Origin: Patescibacteria group bacterium
Lineage (GTDB): Bacteria; Patescibacteriota; Minisyncoccia; Minisyncoccales; Staskawiczbacteraceae
Assembly (NCBI GenBank): GCA_038065715.1
Contig: JBBTQL010000004.1
Span: 35,693-99,692 of the forward strand
DNA length: 64,000 bases
Direction: 5' to 3'
The first letter of the stretch is position 1; each line of letters begins with the position of its first letter. This document shows positions 18,440 to 25,739 of the stretch, piece after piece. The notes under the pieces are model-generated. The model was not told the origin of the DNA. It ran no database searches and saw nothing but the letters and a program-made list of their open reading frames with translations. The translations under genes were made by a program, and so were the position numbers.

Positions 18440-18865
18440 CTACTTGTTGGTTTTAGCCGGCTCTTTTGGCGCTGGGAAAAGCTCCACAAACTTTTCCTTT
18501 GCCATTACTGGCACTTCTCTGATGCCCAGAGGCTGGGAAACCTTGGCGTAGAAAACTTTGCCCGAGCTGTCTTCAACAAGCAATAAGGTTTTCTTGTCTT
18601 TTGTCTGGCCCTCCCACATCACGTGGTAGATGTCCTCTTCTTTCGGGGTGGCATCAGAGGCAGTTGTTGGCGACTTTGCAGGAGGTGCTAATCCCTTTTG
18701 CACCAACAAAAACCCCGCAAAAGCGAACATGAAACAGAAAACAACAAACACTCCCAACAGCCATGGCCGTATTTCCCATTTGATGCCGTAGCTAAACGAC
18801 ATCAAAACGAAAAACCCAGCCACGATTATTACCGTCAGGCCAAAACAAATCTGAAGCACGTCCAT
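18440..18865 (-). CDS. GC-rich small membrane protein (2 TM plus soluble C-terminal domain), hypothetical
   Basis: ATG at 18865 is preceded by AGGGAG; the track uses an upstream ATG at 18904. Composition is clearly more GC-rich than the flanks. Confidence 0.6.
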   Translation of the reverse strand: MDVLQICFGLTVIIVAGFFVLMSFSYGIKWEIRPWLLGVFVVFCFMFAFAGFLLVQKGLAPPAKSPTTASDATPKEEDIYHVMWEGQTKDKKTLLLVEDSSGKVFYAKVSQPLGIREVPVMAKEKFVELFPAPKEPAKTNK

Positions 18866-18923
18866 TTTCAGACTCCCTATAGTAGGAACTTTTTGACGCA
18901 ACATAGTGTCGCGTTCTTTATTT

Positions 18924-18952
18924 ATAGTATCATATTATATAATGGTTGTCAA
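18924..18952 (-). promoter_or_regulatory. Sigma-70-like promoter with TG-extended -10
   Basis: On the minus strand: TTGACA, 17-nt spacer (..AATATGA), then TACTAT. Confidence 0.55.
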
Positions 18953-19034
18953 CCCTTCACCTTTCCGTCAATACTTGTTCCTAAAAATATTCAAAATTAT
19001 AAGACTTCTATACGGCTTTTAAAAATTTGATTTC

Positions 19035-21083
19035 TTAAGGTGAAGGGTCAATAGCTGGTGGATTATTTATTAAATCTCTAATTTCTGCCGCTCTTTCAAA
19101 GTCTAAATTTTTAACGGCTATTTTCATTTCTTTTTCCAGTAATTTCCTGTCGTGTACTGCCCAAAATTCTTCTGAAACAACTTCTTTTTTTGAAAAACCC
19201 CAATCGCGTATGTCTTTTATTATTGCTTTTGGATTTATTTTATTTTTTTTATTGTAAGCTATTTGTATTTTTCTTCTTCTGTTTATTTCGTCAATGGCTG
19301 ACTGCATAGAAAAAGTAGTTTTGTCTGCATATAAAATAACGCGCCCCTGAAGGTGCCTTGCGGCCCTGCCCATTGTTTGTATTAAGGTTGTTTTATTTCT
19401 TAAAAAACCTTCTTTGTCAGCGTCTAAAATTGCAACCAATGAAACTTCGGGCAGATCAATCCCCTCTCTTAGAAGATTTATTCCAACTAAAACATCGTAT
19501 TTTCCCTCTCTTAAATCTTTTAAAATTTTAGGCCTTTCCATTGTTTTTATTTCAGAATGCAGATATTGGGTTTTGATTCCTCTTTCAATTAAATAATCAG
19601 AAATTTCTTCTGCCAATCTTTTTGTTAAAGTTACAACTAAAACCCTATGTTTTTTAGCAGTTTCTTTTTTAATTTCTTTTATTAAGTCTTTAATTTGATT
19701 CTCGGTTTTTTTGATTTCAATTGATGGTTCTAATAATCCGGTTGGCCTTATAAGCTGTTCAACAATATTTTTGCCTGATTTGTGTTTTTCATAATCGGCT
19801 GGAGTTGCTGAAACATAAATTGTCTGCCCGCCTGCAACGGCTATGCCGTAGGCATTGCGGGCAGGCTTTTGCCTTTTTTCAAATTCTGCAAAAGTTAAAG
19901 GCCTGTTATCAACTGCAGAGGGCAAACGAAATCCAAAATCAATTAAAGTTTCTTTTCTTATTTTATCTTGAACCGACATAGCGCGAATTTGCGGAATTGA
20001 AATATGCGACTCATCAATAAAAATTAACGACCCTTTAGGATTGAAGTAATTAAAATAATCAACCAAAGAAAATGGAGCTTCGCCATGTTTTCTAAATTCC
20101 AAATGCCTTGAATAGTTTTCTATTCCATGGCAAAAGCCAACCTCTTGCATCATCTCTACGTCATAATTTGTTCTTTGCCCTAATCTTTCTGCTTCCAGTA
20201 ATTTTTTTTGTTCATTTAATTTTTTTAGCTGTTCGTGCAATTCTAATTTTATATTTTCTATGGCTATATTTATTTTGTCTTTTGGAGCCACCCAAAAAGT
20301 TGCGGGGAATAGACATAAATTTGAAATTTGAAATTTGAAATTTGAAATTTCGATATTTTTATCGTTAGTTTTTTTTCTGTAAATTTTTTTTATAATATCA
20401 TTGCCAAATTCAATTCTAATAATTTCTTCGCCTGTTACTAAAAATATATCTATAATATCTCCCCTGACACGAAAAGTGGCTGGCTTAAAATCCCAGCCCG
20501 CATTGCTACGCGAAGCGTTGCTGGCGGGAATATCATTTCTTTTATATTGCAAAGCTATAAGATGTGAAATAAATTCTTTGCGTTTTATTTTTTGCCCGGG
20601 GTTTATATCCAAAGAAACATTTTGATAGTTTTCAGGCGAGCCAATATTATAAATGCACGACACAGAAGCCACTACAATTACATCTTTACGCGACAGAACA
20701 TCTTGAACTGCCGAATGCCTTAACCTGTCAATTTCTTCATTTATTTTTGCATCCTTTTCTATATATGTGTCTGATTGCGGGATATAGGCTTCGGGCTGGT
20801 AATAATCATAATAAGAAACAAAGTAATGCACGGCGTTGTTTGGAAAAAATTCTTTAAATTCCTGGTAGAGCTGGGCAGCTAAAGTTTTGTTTGGAGAAAT
20901 AACTAAAGTAGGTTTTTGGATTTTTTGTATAACATTAGCTAATGTGAAAGTTTTGCCCGAGCCAGTAACGCCTAAAAGCACCTGGTCTTTTACGCCATGT
21001 TTGAGATTATTAGTCAGTTCTCTTATTGCTCGTGGCTGATCTCCGGTAGCTGAGAATTTAGATTTTAATTTAAAGTTGGTCAT
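19035..21083 (-). CDS. uvrB: Excinuclease ABC subunit B
   Basis: 682 aa. GVTGSGKT, DESH, helicase motifs and a C-terminal UVR domain (FERAAEIRD). Carries two repeat inserts, at 19823-19866 and 20317-20350. Confidence 0.95.
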   Translation of the reverse strand: MTNFKLKSKFSATGDQPRAIRELTNNLKHGVKDQVLLGVTGSGKTFTLANVIQKIQKPTLVISPNKTLAAQLYQEFKEFFPNNAVHYFVSYYDYYQPEAYIPQSDTYIEKDAKINEEIDRLRHSAVQDVLSRKDVIVVASVSCIYNIGSPENYQNVSLDINPGQKIKRKEFISHLIALQYKRNDIPASNASRSNAGWDFKPATFRVRGDIIDIFLVTGEEIIRIEFGNDIIKKIYRKKTNDKNIEISNFKFQISNLCLFPATFWVAPKDKINIAIENIKLELHEQLKKLNEQKKLLEAERLGQRTNYDVEMMQEVGFCHGIENYSRHLEFRKHGEAPFSLVDYFNYFNPKGSLIFIDESHISIPQIRAMSVQDKIRKETLIDFGFRLPSAVDNRPLTFAEFEKRQKPARNAYGIAVAGGQTIYVSATPADYEKHKSGKNIVEQLIRPTGLLEPSIEIKKTENQIKDLIKEIKKETAKKHRVLVVTLTKRLAEEISDYLIERGIKTQYLHSEIKTMERPKILKDLREGKYDVLVGINLLREGIDLPEVSLVAILDADKEGFLRNKTTLIQTMGRAARHLQGRVILYADKTTFSMQSAIDEINRRRKIQIAYNKKNKINPKAIIKDIRDWGFSKKEVVSEEFWAVHDRKLLEKEMKIAVKNLDFERAAEIRDLINNPPAIDPSP
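20317..20350 (-). repeat. AAATTTC heptamer tandem repeat inserted in frame in uvrB
   Basis: Plus strand (AAATTTG)x4, which is coding strand (CAAATTT)n. Encodes ISNFKFQISNL, the same peptide as the leuS insert. Confidence 0.85.
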
Positions 21084-21181
21084 GTTTTTGGCTGGCCTTG
21101 CCCATCCGAAGCTTTAGCGGAGGAGGGTCGCCTGTTGGTTTAAATTTTGATTTTAATTTGAATTTCATATATTATTATTTA

Positions 21182-21787
21182 ATGATAGCATTTTTATCGG
21201 GTAAAATTTTATTAAAAAAGGACAAGTTTATCATTCTTGAAGCAGCTGGCGTTGGCTACAAAGTTTTTTTAAATCAGCAAACCCTATCCCGACTCGATCG
21301 AGGATCCTCGACGACTTCGTCGTCGGGATTAAAATTATCAGAAATAGGGCAGGATGTAAAGCTATTTTGCTTCCAAAATATAAAAGAAGATGCTTCGGAT
21401 TTATATGGGTTTTTAAGTTATGACGAGCTTGATTTTTTTGAGGTGCTAAACGATATTCATGGCGTAGGGCCAAAAGCTGCTTTGGAAATTTCTGTGTTAG
21501 GCCCCTTAGAAAAAATTAAGGACAGAATTTTAGCGCAGGACGAAAAAATATTTGAAGGAATTCCCGGAATTGGTTCAAAAAGGGCGTCGTCAATTATTTT
21601 AGAATTGACCGGAAAAATAATGGCGAAGTCCGCCTTTGCTAAAGCTTCGCCAGACGAAGCAGAAACCGCTTTAACCCAGCTTGGTTTTTCAAAACAGCAA
21701 GCAAAGGATGCCCTGGCTCGCGTGCCTGTTGCTGTTAAAAATTCTGAAGACAGAATAAAATTAGCGCTTAAAAATTTAGGAAAATAA
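21182..21787 (+). CDS. ruvA: Holliday junction DNA helicase RuvA
   Basis: MIAFLSGKI start and HhH motifs GVGPKAALEI and IPGIGSKRASSIILEL. ATG 21182 preferred over the upstream alternative start. Confidence 0.85.
   Translation: MIAFLSGKILLKKDKFIILEAAGVGYKVFLNQQTLSRLDRGSSTTSSSGLKLSEIGQDVKLFCFQNIKEDASDLYGFLSYDELDFFEVLNDIHGVGPKAALEISVLGPLEKIKDRILAQDEKIFEGIPGIGSKRASSIILELTGKIMAKSAFAKASPDEAETALTQLGFSKQQAKDALARVPVAVKNSEDRIKLALKNLGK
21287..21329. repeat. GC-rich palindromic insert family A, copy A2 (in frame in ruvA)
   Basis: ATCCCGACTCGATCGAGGATCCTCGACGACTTCGTCGTCGGGAT has perfect 8-bp termini. Encodes LSRLDRGSSTTSSSGL. Confidence 0.75.
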
Positions 21788-21791
21788 AAAT

Positions 21792-22097
21792 ATGAAAGAA
21801 ATTTATTTGTTATTAATAGGATTATTATTAGGCATAGTTTTAACATGGGTGTTTGAGTTGATTTTAAAAACTAATAAAAAATTGCGGGAGAAATATTATA
21901 GGCGCCATAAGCTTTTTTGGGGTTACCATATACACCACAGCACTTTTGGATTAGTGTTTATTGCGCTTAATGTGGTTTTATTTTTAATGGATAAAAAACC
22001 AACAGATTTAATTTATACAGCAATAGGCGTAGGAATTATTATTATGCACACTATTTCAGACGGCAGGTTTGTTTTTATAGAAAAACAAAGAAATTGA
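21792..22097 (+). CDS. Small membrane protein, hypothetical
   Basis: 101 aa with three predicted TM helices. Confidence 0.5.
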   Translation: MKEIYLLLIGLLLGIVLTWVFELILKTNKKLREKYYRRHKLFWGYHIHHSTFGLVFIALNVVLFLMDKKPTDLIYTAIGVGIIIMHTISDGRFVFIEKQRN

Positions 22098-22343
22098 AAT
22101 TTGACTTATTTTTTTGTATTTGCTATATATAAATATATGAACTTCCGAACAGCGGAAAACATAATTATTCTTAGTATTATTAACCTCTCTTAGAGAAGGA
22201 GCATTTTGGGAAATTAAAAAATTAGAAAACCAAGAAATTAAAAATGCCTCTTCTCAAAAAGAGGTTTTTGTTTTTTAGGGCACGGAAAGCTCTAAAATCT
22301 TTTTTTGAAGTTCGTTGACAATCTATCGGGAAAGGAAAACACT

Positions 22344-22562
22344 ATGTGTGATTTGAATGAGGCTCACGAAATAGCCAAGGTTGCATGGAAAAATTCTCCT
22401 ATGAAAAGTTCTTTGTCAAGAAAAAAATGCCCAAGATGTTTTGATAATTGGCAAAGAAATGGCTGCAAGGCAGAACAAAAGCCTCCCTATTTTCCTGCCG
22501 ATTATGAGGAAAATTGTCCTGTCTGTAAAAGCGAACTTTCTAGGCCAGGCATTCCTTTCTAA
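22344..22562 (+). CDS. Small Cys-rich (zinc-ribbon-like) protein, GC-richer than flanks
   Basis: ATG 22344 follows AAAGGAAAA. CPRC...CPVC pairs in 72 aa. A hairpin plus T-run follows at 22573-22598. Confidence 0.5.
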   Translation: MCDLNEAHEIAKVAWKNSPMKSSLSRKKCPRCFDNWQRNGCKAEQKPPYFPADYEENCPVCKSELSRPGIPF

Positions 22563-22788
22563 AATTAAGCCCGCCGGCTTGTATATAGCCGGCTTTTTAT
22601 TTTGCTTCATTCTTAAAAATAAATAAAAGCAAAATAACCCCTCGCCAATTTTACCAATATAGCTTGAACTGCCATAAAGGCCGGCGTAGCCGATTCGCCT
22701 TTCTGTATAAATATATTTAAGAAAAGTCGTTGAAATTGGCGACGGGGTTGCTACCATTATTTAAAACTTTGTGTTAGATTGGGTAAAT

Positions 22789-24039
22789 ATGAGGATAAAA
22801 GAAGCAGTTAAAAAAATATTAGGCAGAAATTTGTTGGGTTTTTATCATTATGGCATGGCTTTTTTGGGAGCTGTGATTTTTGGTTTTCCATCTAAAAATT
22901 TAACTGTTATAGGGGTTACAGGCACCAGCGGTAAATCAACTACTTCTGATTTTATCACAAGAATTTTAGAAGAACCCTTCGACGGGGCCCAGGGCAGGTC
23001 TGGCAATAAGGTGGCTTCAATTTCAACAATAAGATTTAAAATTGCAGAAAAAGAATGGGAAAATAAATATAAAATGACAATGCCCGGCCGTTTTGTTATT
23101 CAAAAGTTTTTAAGGCAGGCAAAAAAAGCAGGATGCAAATTTGTGGTTTTAGAAGTTACTTCGCAAGGCATTGAACAATATCGCCATAAATTTATAAATT
23201 TTGATACAGCTGTTTTTACTAATTTGTCGCCAGAGCATATTGAAAGCCATGGCAGTTTTGAAAATTACAGAAACGCAAAACTAAAACTATTTCGAGCAAC
23301 AAAAAACATCCATATTATAAATACTGATGACGCAAATTCAAAATATTTTTGGAATATTCCGGCAAAACAAAAAATTGGATTTTCAGCCAAAGATGCGCAA
23401 AACGCTAATTTAAAATTAAATTTAATTGGAGACTTTAATATTTTAAACGCCTTAGCGGCAATTTCTGCGGCAAAGGCATATGGCATTGATTTTAGCATTT
23501 GTAAAAGGGCGCTGGAAAAGGCCAAAGGAATTTCTGGCAGAATGGAAGTGATTCAAAAAGAGCCATTCAAAGTTATTGTTGACTATGCTCATACTCCAGA
23601 ACAACTCGAAAGTGTCTATAAGGCACTTTCTCAAAACCCAAAACCTCAAACTCCAAACCCCAAACTTATTTGTGTGCTTGGAAGTTGCGGCGGGGGAAGG
23701 GATAAATGGAAAAGGACTGTTTTAGGAGAAATTGCAAATAAATATTGCGACAAAATATTTATAACCAATGAAGATCCATATGATGAAAACCCCAACCAGA
23801 TTTTATCTGAAATAAAATCTGGAATTATCAATTCTCAATTTCCAATTTCCAATTTATATGAAATTTTAGACCGTAAAGAGGCAATTAAAACTGCAATAAA
23901 ATTAGCAAAATCAGATGATATTGTTATAATCACTGGCAAGGGTTCAGAATCCTGGATGTGCATAGCAAACGGTAAAAAAATCCCCTGGGACGACAGGCAA
24001 ATCGCTAAAGATGCGTTGGGGCTCCAAACCTTGACATAG
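22789..24039 (+). CDS. murE: Mur ligase, MurE-like UDP-MurNAc-tripeptide synthetase
   Basis: GVTGTSGKSTT P-loop, DYAHTP and GSCGGGRDKWKR. Carries in-frame repeat inserts at 22975-23004, 23630-23667 and 23835-23856. Confidence 0.8.
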   Translation: MRIKEAVKKILGRNLLGFYHYGMAFLGAVIFGFPSKNLTVIGVTGTSGKSTTSDFITRILEEPFDGAQGRSGNKVASISTIRFKIAEKEWENKYKMTMPGRFVIQKFLRQAKKAGCKFVVLEVTSQGIEQYRHKFINFDTAVFTNLSPEHIESHGSFENYRNAKLKLFRATKNIHIINTDDANSKYFWNIPAKQKIGFSAKDAQNANLKLNLIGDFNILNALAAISAAKAYGIDFSICKRALEKAKGISGRMEVIQKEPFKVIVDYAHTPEQLESVYKALSQNPKPQTPNPKLICVLGSCGGGRDKWKRTVLGEIANKYCDKIFITNEDPYDENPNQILSEIKSGIINSQFPISNLYEILDRKEAIKTAIKLAKSDDIVIITGKGSESWMCIANGKKIPWDDRQIAKDALGLQTLT

Positions 24040-24059
24040 ATGCTTTAATATGATATGAT
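24031..24059 (+). promoter_or_regulatory. Promoter of DGR-1 target gene
   Basis: TTGACA, 17 nt (TAGATGCTTTAATATGA), then TATGAT, with a TG-extended -10. Nearly identical to the promoter at 61997-62025. Confidence 0.65.
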
Positions 24060-24097
24060 TAATAATATAGCTCTTTTTTATTGTTACTTGCGAAATT

Positions 24098-24153
24098 GGC
24101 AGTTATAGCCAAAAGCTACTGAATTATATCGGTATCTTCTGGCTATGACTGCT
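24098..24153 (+). promoter_or_regulatory. Conserved 5' leader hairpin of DGR target mRNA (copy 1)
   Basis: 13-bp stem GGCAGTTATAGCC / GGCTATGACTGCT. The same stem occurs at 62068-62150 with A-U to G-U compatible changes and a larger loop. Confidence 0.6.
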
Positions 24154-24218
24154 ATGTCGGTACGTCAAGCAGAAACCAGCCTGTCATAATTGGCGGGCAA
24201 AACAGAAAGGAGATTGTC

Positions 24219-24878
24219 ATGGCTGTGCAAGTCATTGGCGATCTATATGTGGAGTTGGATGGGAAGTTGGCGGAGATTAAGCGGCAAATGAGGCAGCAGG
24301 GAGGCTATCCGTTTGACCCGGAGAAATTAAACAAGTTTCTCCAACTAGCTGTCGAGGGCAGGTTCAACGACAACCGGTGCTGGTGCGAGAAGGAAGGAGT
24401 GATCTACTTTGAGGTCACCTCTGACGGCACGACTGGACCCCAATGGATTGAGCGTCTGGAGAAGAAGGGTATCCAGCTCTCCAAGTGGGCCAAGGACGTC
24501 CTGCTGTCTCCGGACTTCAAGCCGACCAACGGCGTGACCACCGAGATCGCTGTCCTCAAGGGCGCGCTTTTTATGGACAATGATCGCATCACGTCTAAGA
24601 TCCGCGCTGAGGCCGACAAGCGCAAGCTCGTCAAGCCCGAAGCCGAACTCGGTTGCCTTATCCGCGACACGTTCACGGACGAGGAAATCGAAGCCATGGG
24701 TCTTGTGTGGATCGTGGCGTTCCACGAGCCCATCAAGGACTCTGACGGCGATCCGACGTTGCTCGGTGCGCGTCGCCTTGGCGATGGCCGTTGGCTGCGC
24801 GCGTGCTGCGGCCTGCCCGACCGCAGGTGGCTTCGCGACCGTGGCTTTGCCTTCGCCGTCTCGCAAGTATCTTCGTAA
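24219..24878 (+). CDS. DGR-1 variable (target) protein with C-terminal VR, no signal peptide
   Basis: 219 aa; RBS AAAGGAG before the ATG. Sampled 60-nt lines are about 60-65% GC versus about 30% for the genome. The C-terminal 42 codons are the VR. Confidence 0.85.
   Translation: MAVQVIGDLYVELDGKLAEIKRQMRQQGGYPFDPEKLNKFLQLAVEGRFNDNRCWCEKEGVIYFEVTSDGTTGPQWIERLEKKGIQLSKWAKDVLLSPDFKPTNGVTTEIAVLKGALFMDNDRITSKIRAEADKRKLVKPEAELGCLIRDTFTDEEIEAMGLVWIVAFHEPIKDSDGDPTLLGARRLGDGRWLRACCGLPDRRWLRDRGFAFAVSQVSS
24741..24866 (+). repeat. Variable repeat VR-1
   Basis: Gap-free 126-nt alignment with TR-1. There are 21 substitutions opposite TR adenines and one C/G difference; the last 25 nt are identical. Confidence 0.9.
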
Positions 24879-24974
24879 GTCCTTTGGGCTTGAGCCTTTG
24901 CTCTAGCCCTTGGATCCTCTGCCCTTTGCATTTCCTCACGGACTTGCACTGGGCAGATTTTTTTTGCTAAAATA

Positions 24975-25334
24975 TAAATGGTAATAGGTGAATCTTGCGG
25001 GAGATCAAGGTTTCCCGCGGCCGAATCCAGTATTCGTATGCTGAGAGCGTTTGCGATTAAGGTTGCAAACGGAGGGCATACGAATTACTTTCAAAAAAGA
25101 AGATACTTGGCGTGGGAAACTAGGGCATTACGATGCCGAATTCGATACAGCCCTGTGATCGTAAAACTACTTCAAGGGGCAGTGGCATAGATGGTTTCTT
25201 GCGTATTTCTGACGGCGATCCGAACTTGCTCAGTGCGAATCGCAATGACGATGGCCATTGGCTGAACGCGTACTACGACAAGCCCGACAACAGGTGGAAT
25301 CGCGACAATGGCTTTGCCTTCGCCGTCTCGCAAC
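24975..25334 (+). ncRNA. Putative DGR-1 template RNA (structured 5' region plus TR)
   Basis: Candidate promoter TTGCAC-18-TAAAAT (TG-extended) near 24940-24972. Extended hairpin at 25029-25089 and blocks conserved with locus 2 up to 14 nt before TR. Transcript ends are not determined. Confidence 0.5.
25209..25334 (+). repeat. Template repeat TR-1 (noncoding)
   Basis: Copy of the VR with A at 21 variable positions, mostly in AAC/AAT codons of the VR frame. No RBS or start codon. Confidence 0.9.
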
Positions 25335-25339
25335 TCTCT

Positions 25340-25699
25340 TCATTTCTCTCCTTGCTTAGGAGAGTTTTGTTTAATAATTTGTCCCGACCAACCACCGAGC
25401 ATTTTGCCAATTTCATCTAGTTTCAATGATAGAGCAATATATTTTTTGTTATCCAATGATTTTGTTTCCCAAAGAATCATTAAAAATATTTTTAACGTAT
25501 CGACCTTTCTAATTGCTAAACGTACATAGGACAATTTTTCTGATTGCCCAAGAAAACTTGCAGTCACTATTGCCTCTATTGCTTCAACAAAAAGTTTATC
25601 AATTTTTTCACCAAGAGAATATTTATGTATTTTTGGTATAATTAAATAGTGTTGGTACCAAAAAAGATAAGCTTCTTTCAACTTTTGCAAAACAGGCAA
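25340..25699 (-). CDS. avd: DGR accessory variability determinant (Avd-like four-helix-bundle protein)
   Basis: About 119 aa from a TTG start (LPVLQKLKEAYLFWYQ...). Homologous to the 122-aa ORF at 63274-63642. Helical pattern with C-terminal IGKMLGGW. The track ORF extends further upstream (25834), probably spuriously. Confidence 0.8.
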   Translation of the reverse strand: MPVLQKLKEAYLFWYQHYLIIPKIHKYSLGEKIDKLFVEAIEAIVTASFLGQSEKLSYVRLAIRKVDTLKIFLMILWETKSLDNKKYIALSLKLDEIGKMLGGWSGQIIKQNSPKQGEK

Positions 25700-25705
25700 C
25701 AGTCT

Positions 25706-25715
25706 GGGGGGGGGG
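25706..25715. repeat. Homopolymeric G10 tract in the avd/RT divergent gap
   Basis: G10 lies 6 nt from the avd TTG start and 24 nt before the RT ATG. The paralogous position in DGR-2 has G7. Confidence 0.9.
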
Positions 25716-25739
25716 ATTAAAAGCTGAGTTATTTTGATT

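Noticed and set aside
24345-24949. Long ORFs overlapping DGR target 1 on other frames or strands (24345-24866 minus, 24404-24949 minus, 24580-24906 plus, 24733-24939 minus).
   Set aside because: GC-rich sequence is poor in stop codons, so long spurious ORFs appear in several frames. Only the plus-frame ORF 24219-24878 has an RBS, a promoter and leader, and carries the VR in the frame that matches TR AAC codons.
25133-25420. 95-aa ORF containing TR-1, and the analogous ORFs 63131-63424 and 63177-63395 containing TR-2, as possible extra target genes.
   Set aside because: They mimic the target C-termini only because TR is a copy of VR. They lack an RBS, begin in noncoding conserved RNA blocks, and run into the antisense avd gene. 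They are treated as noncoding template.
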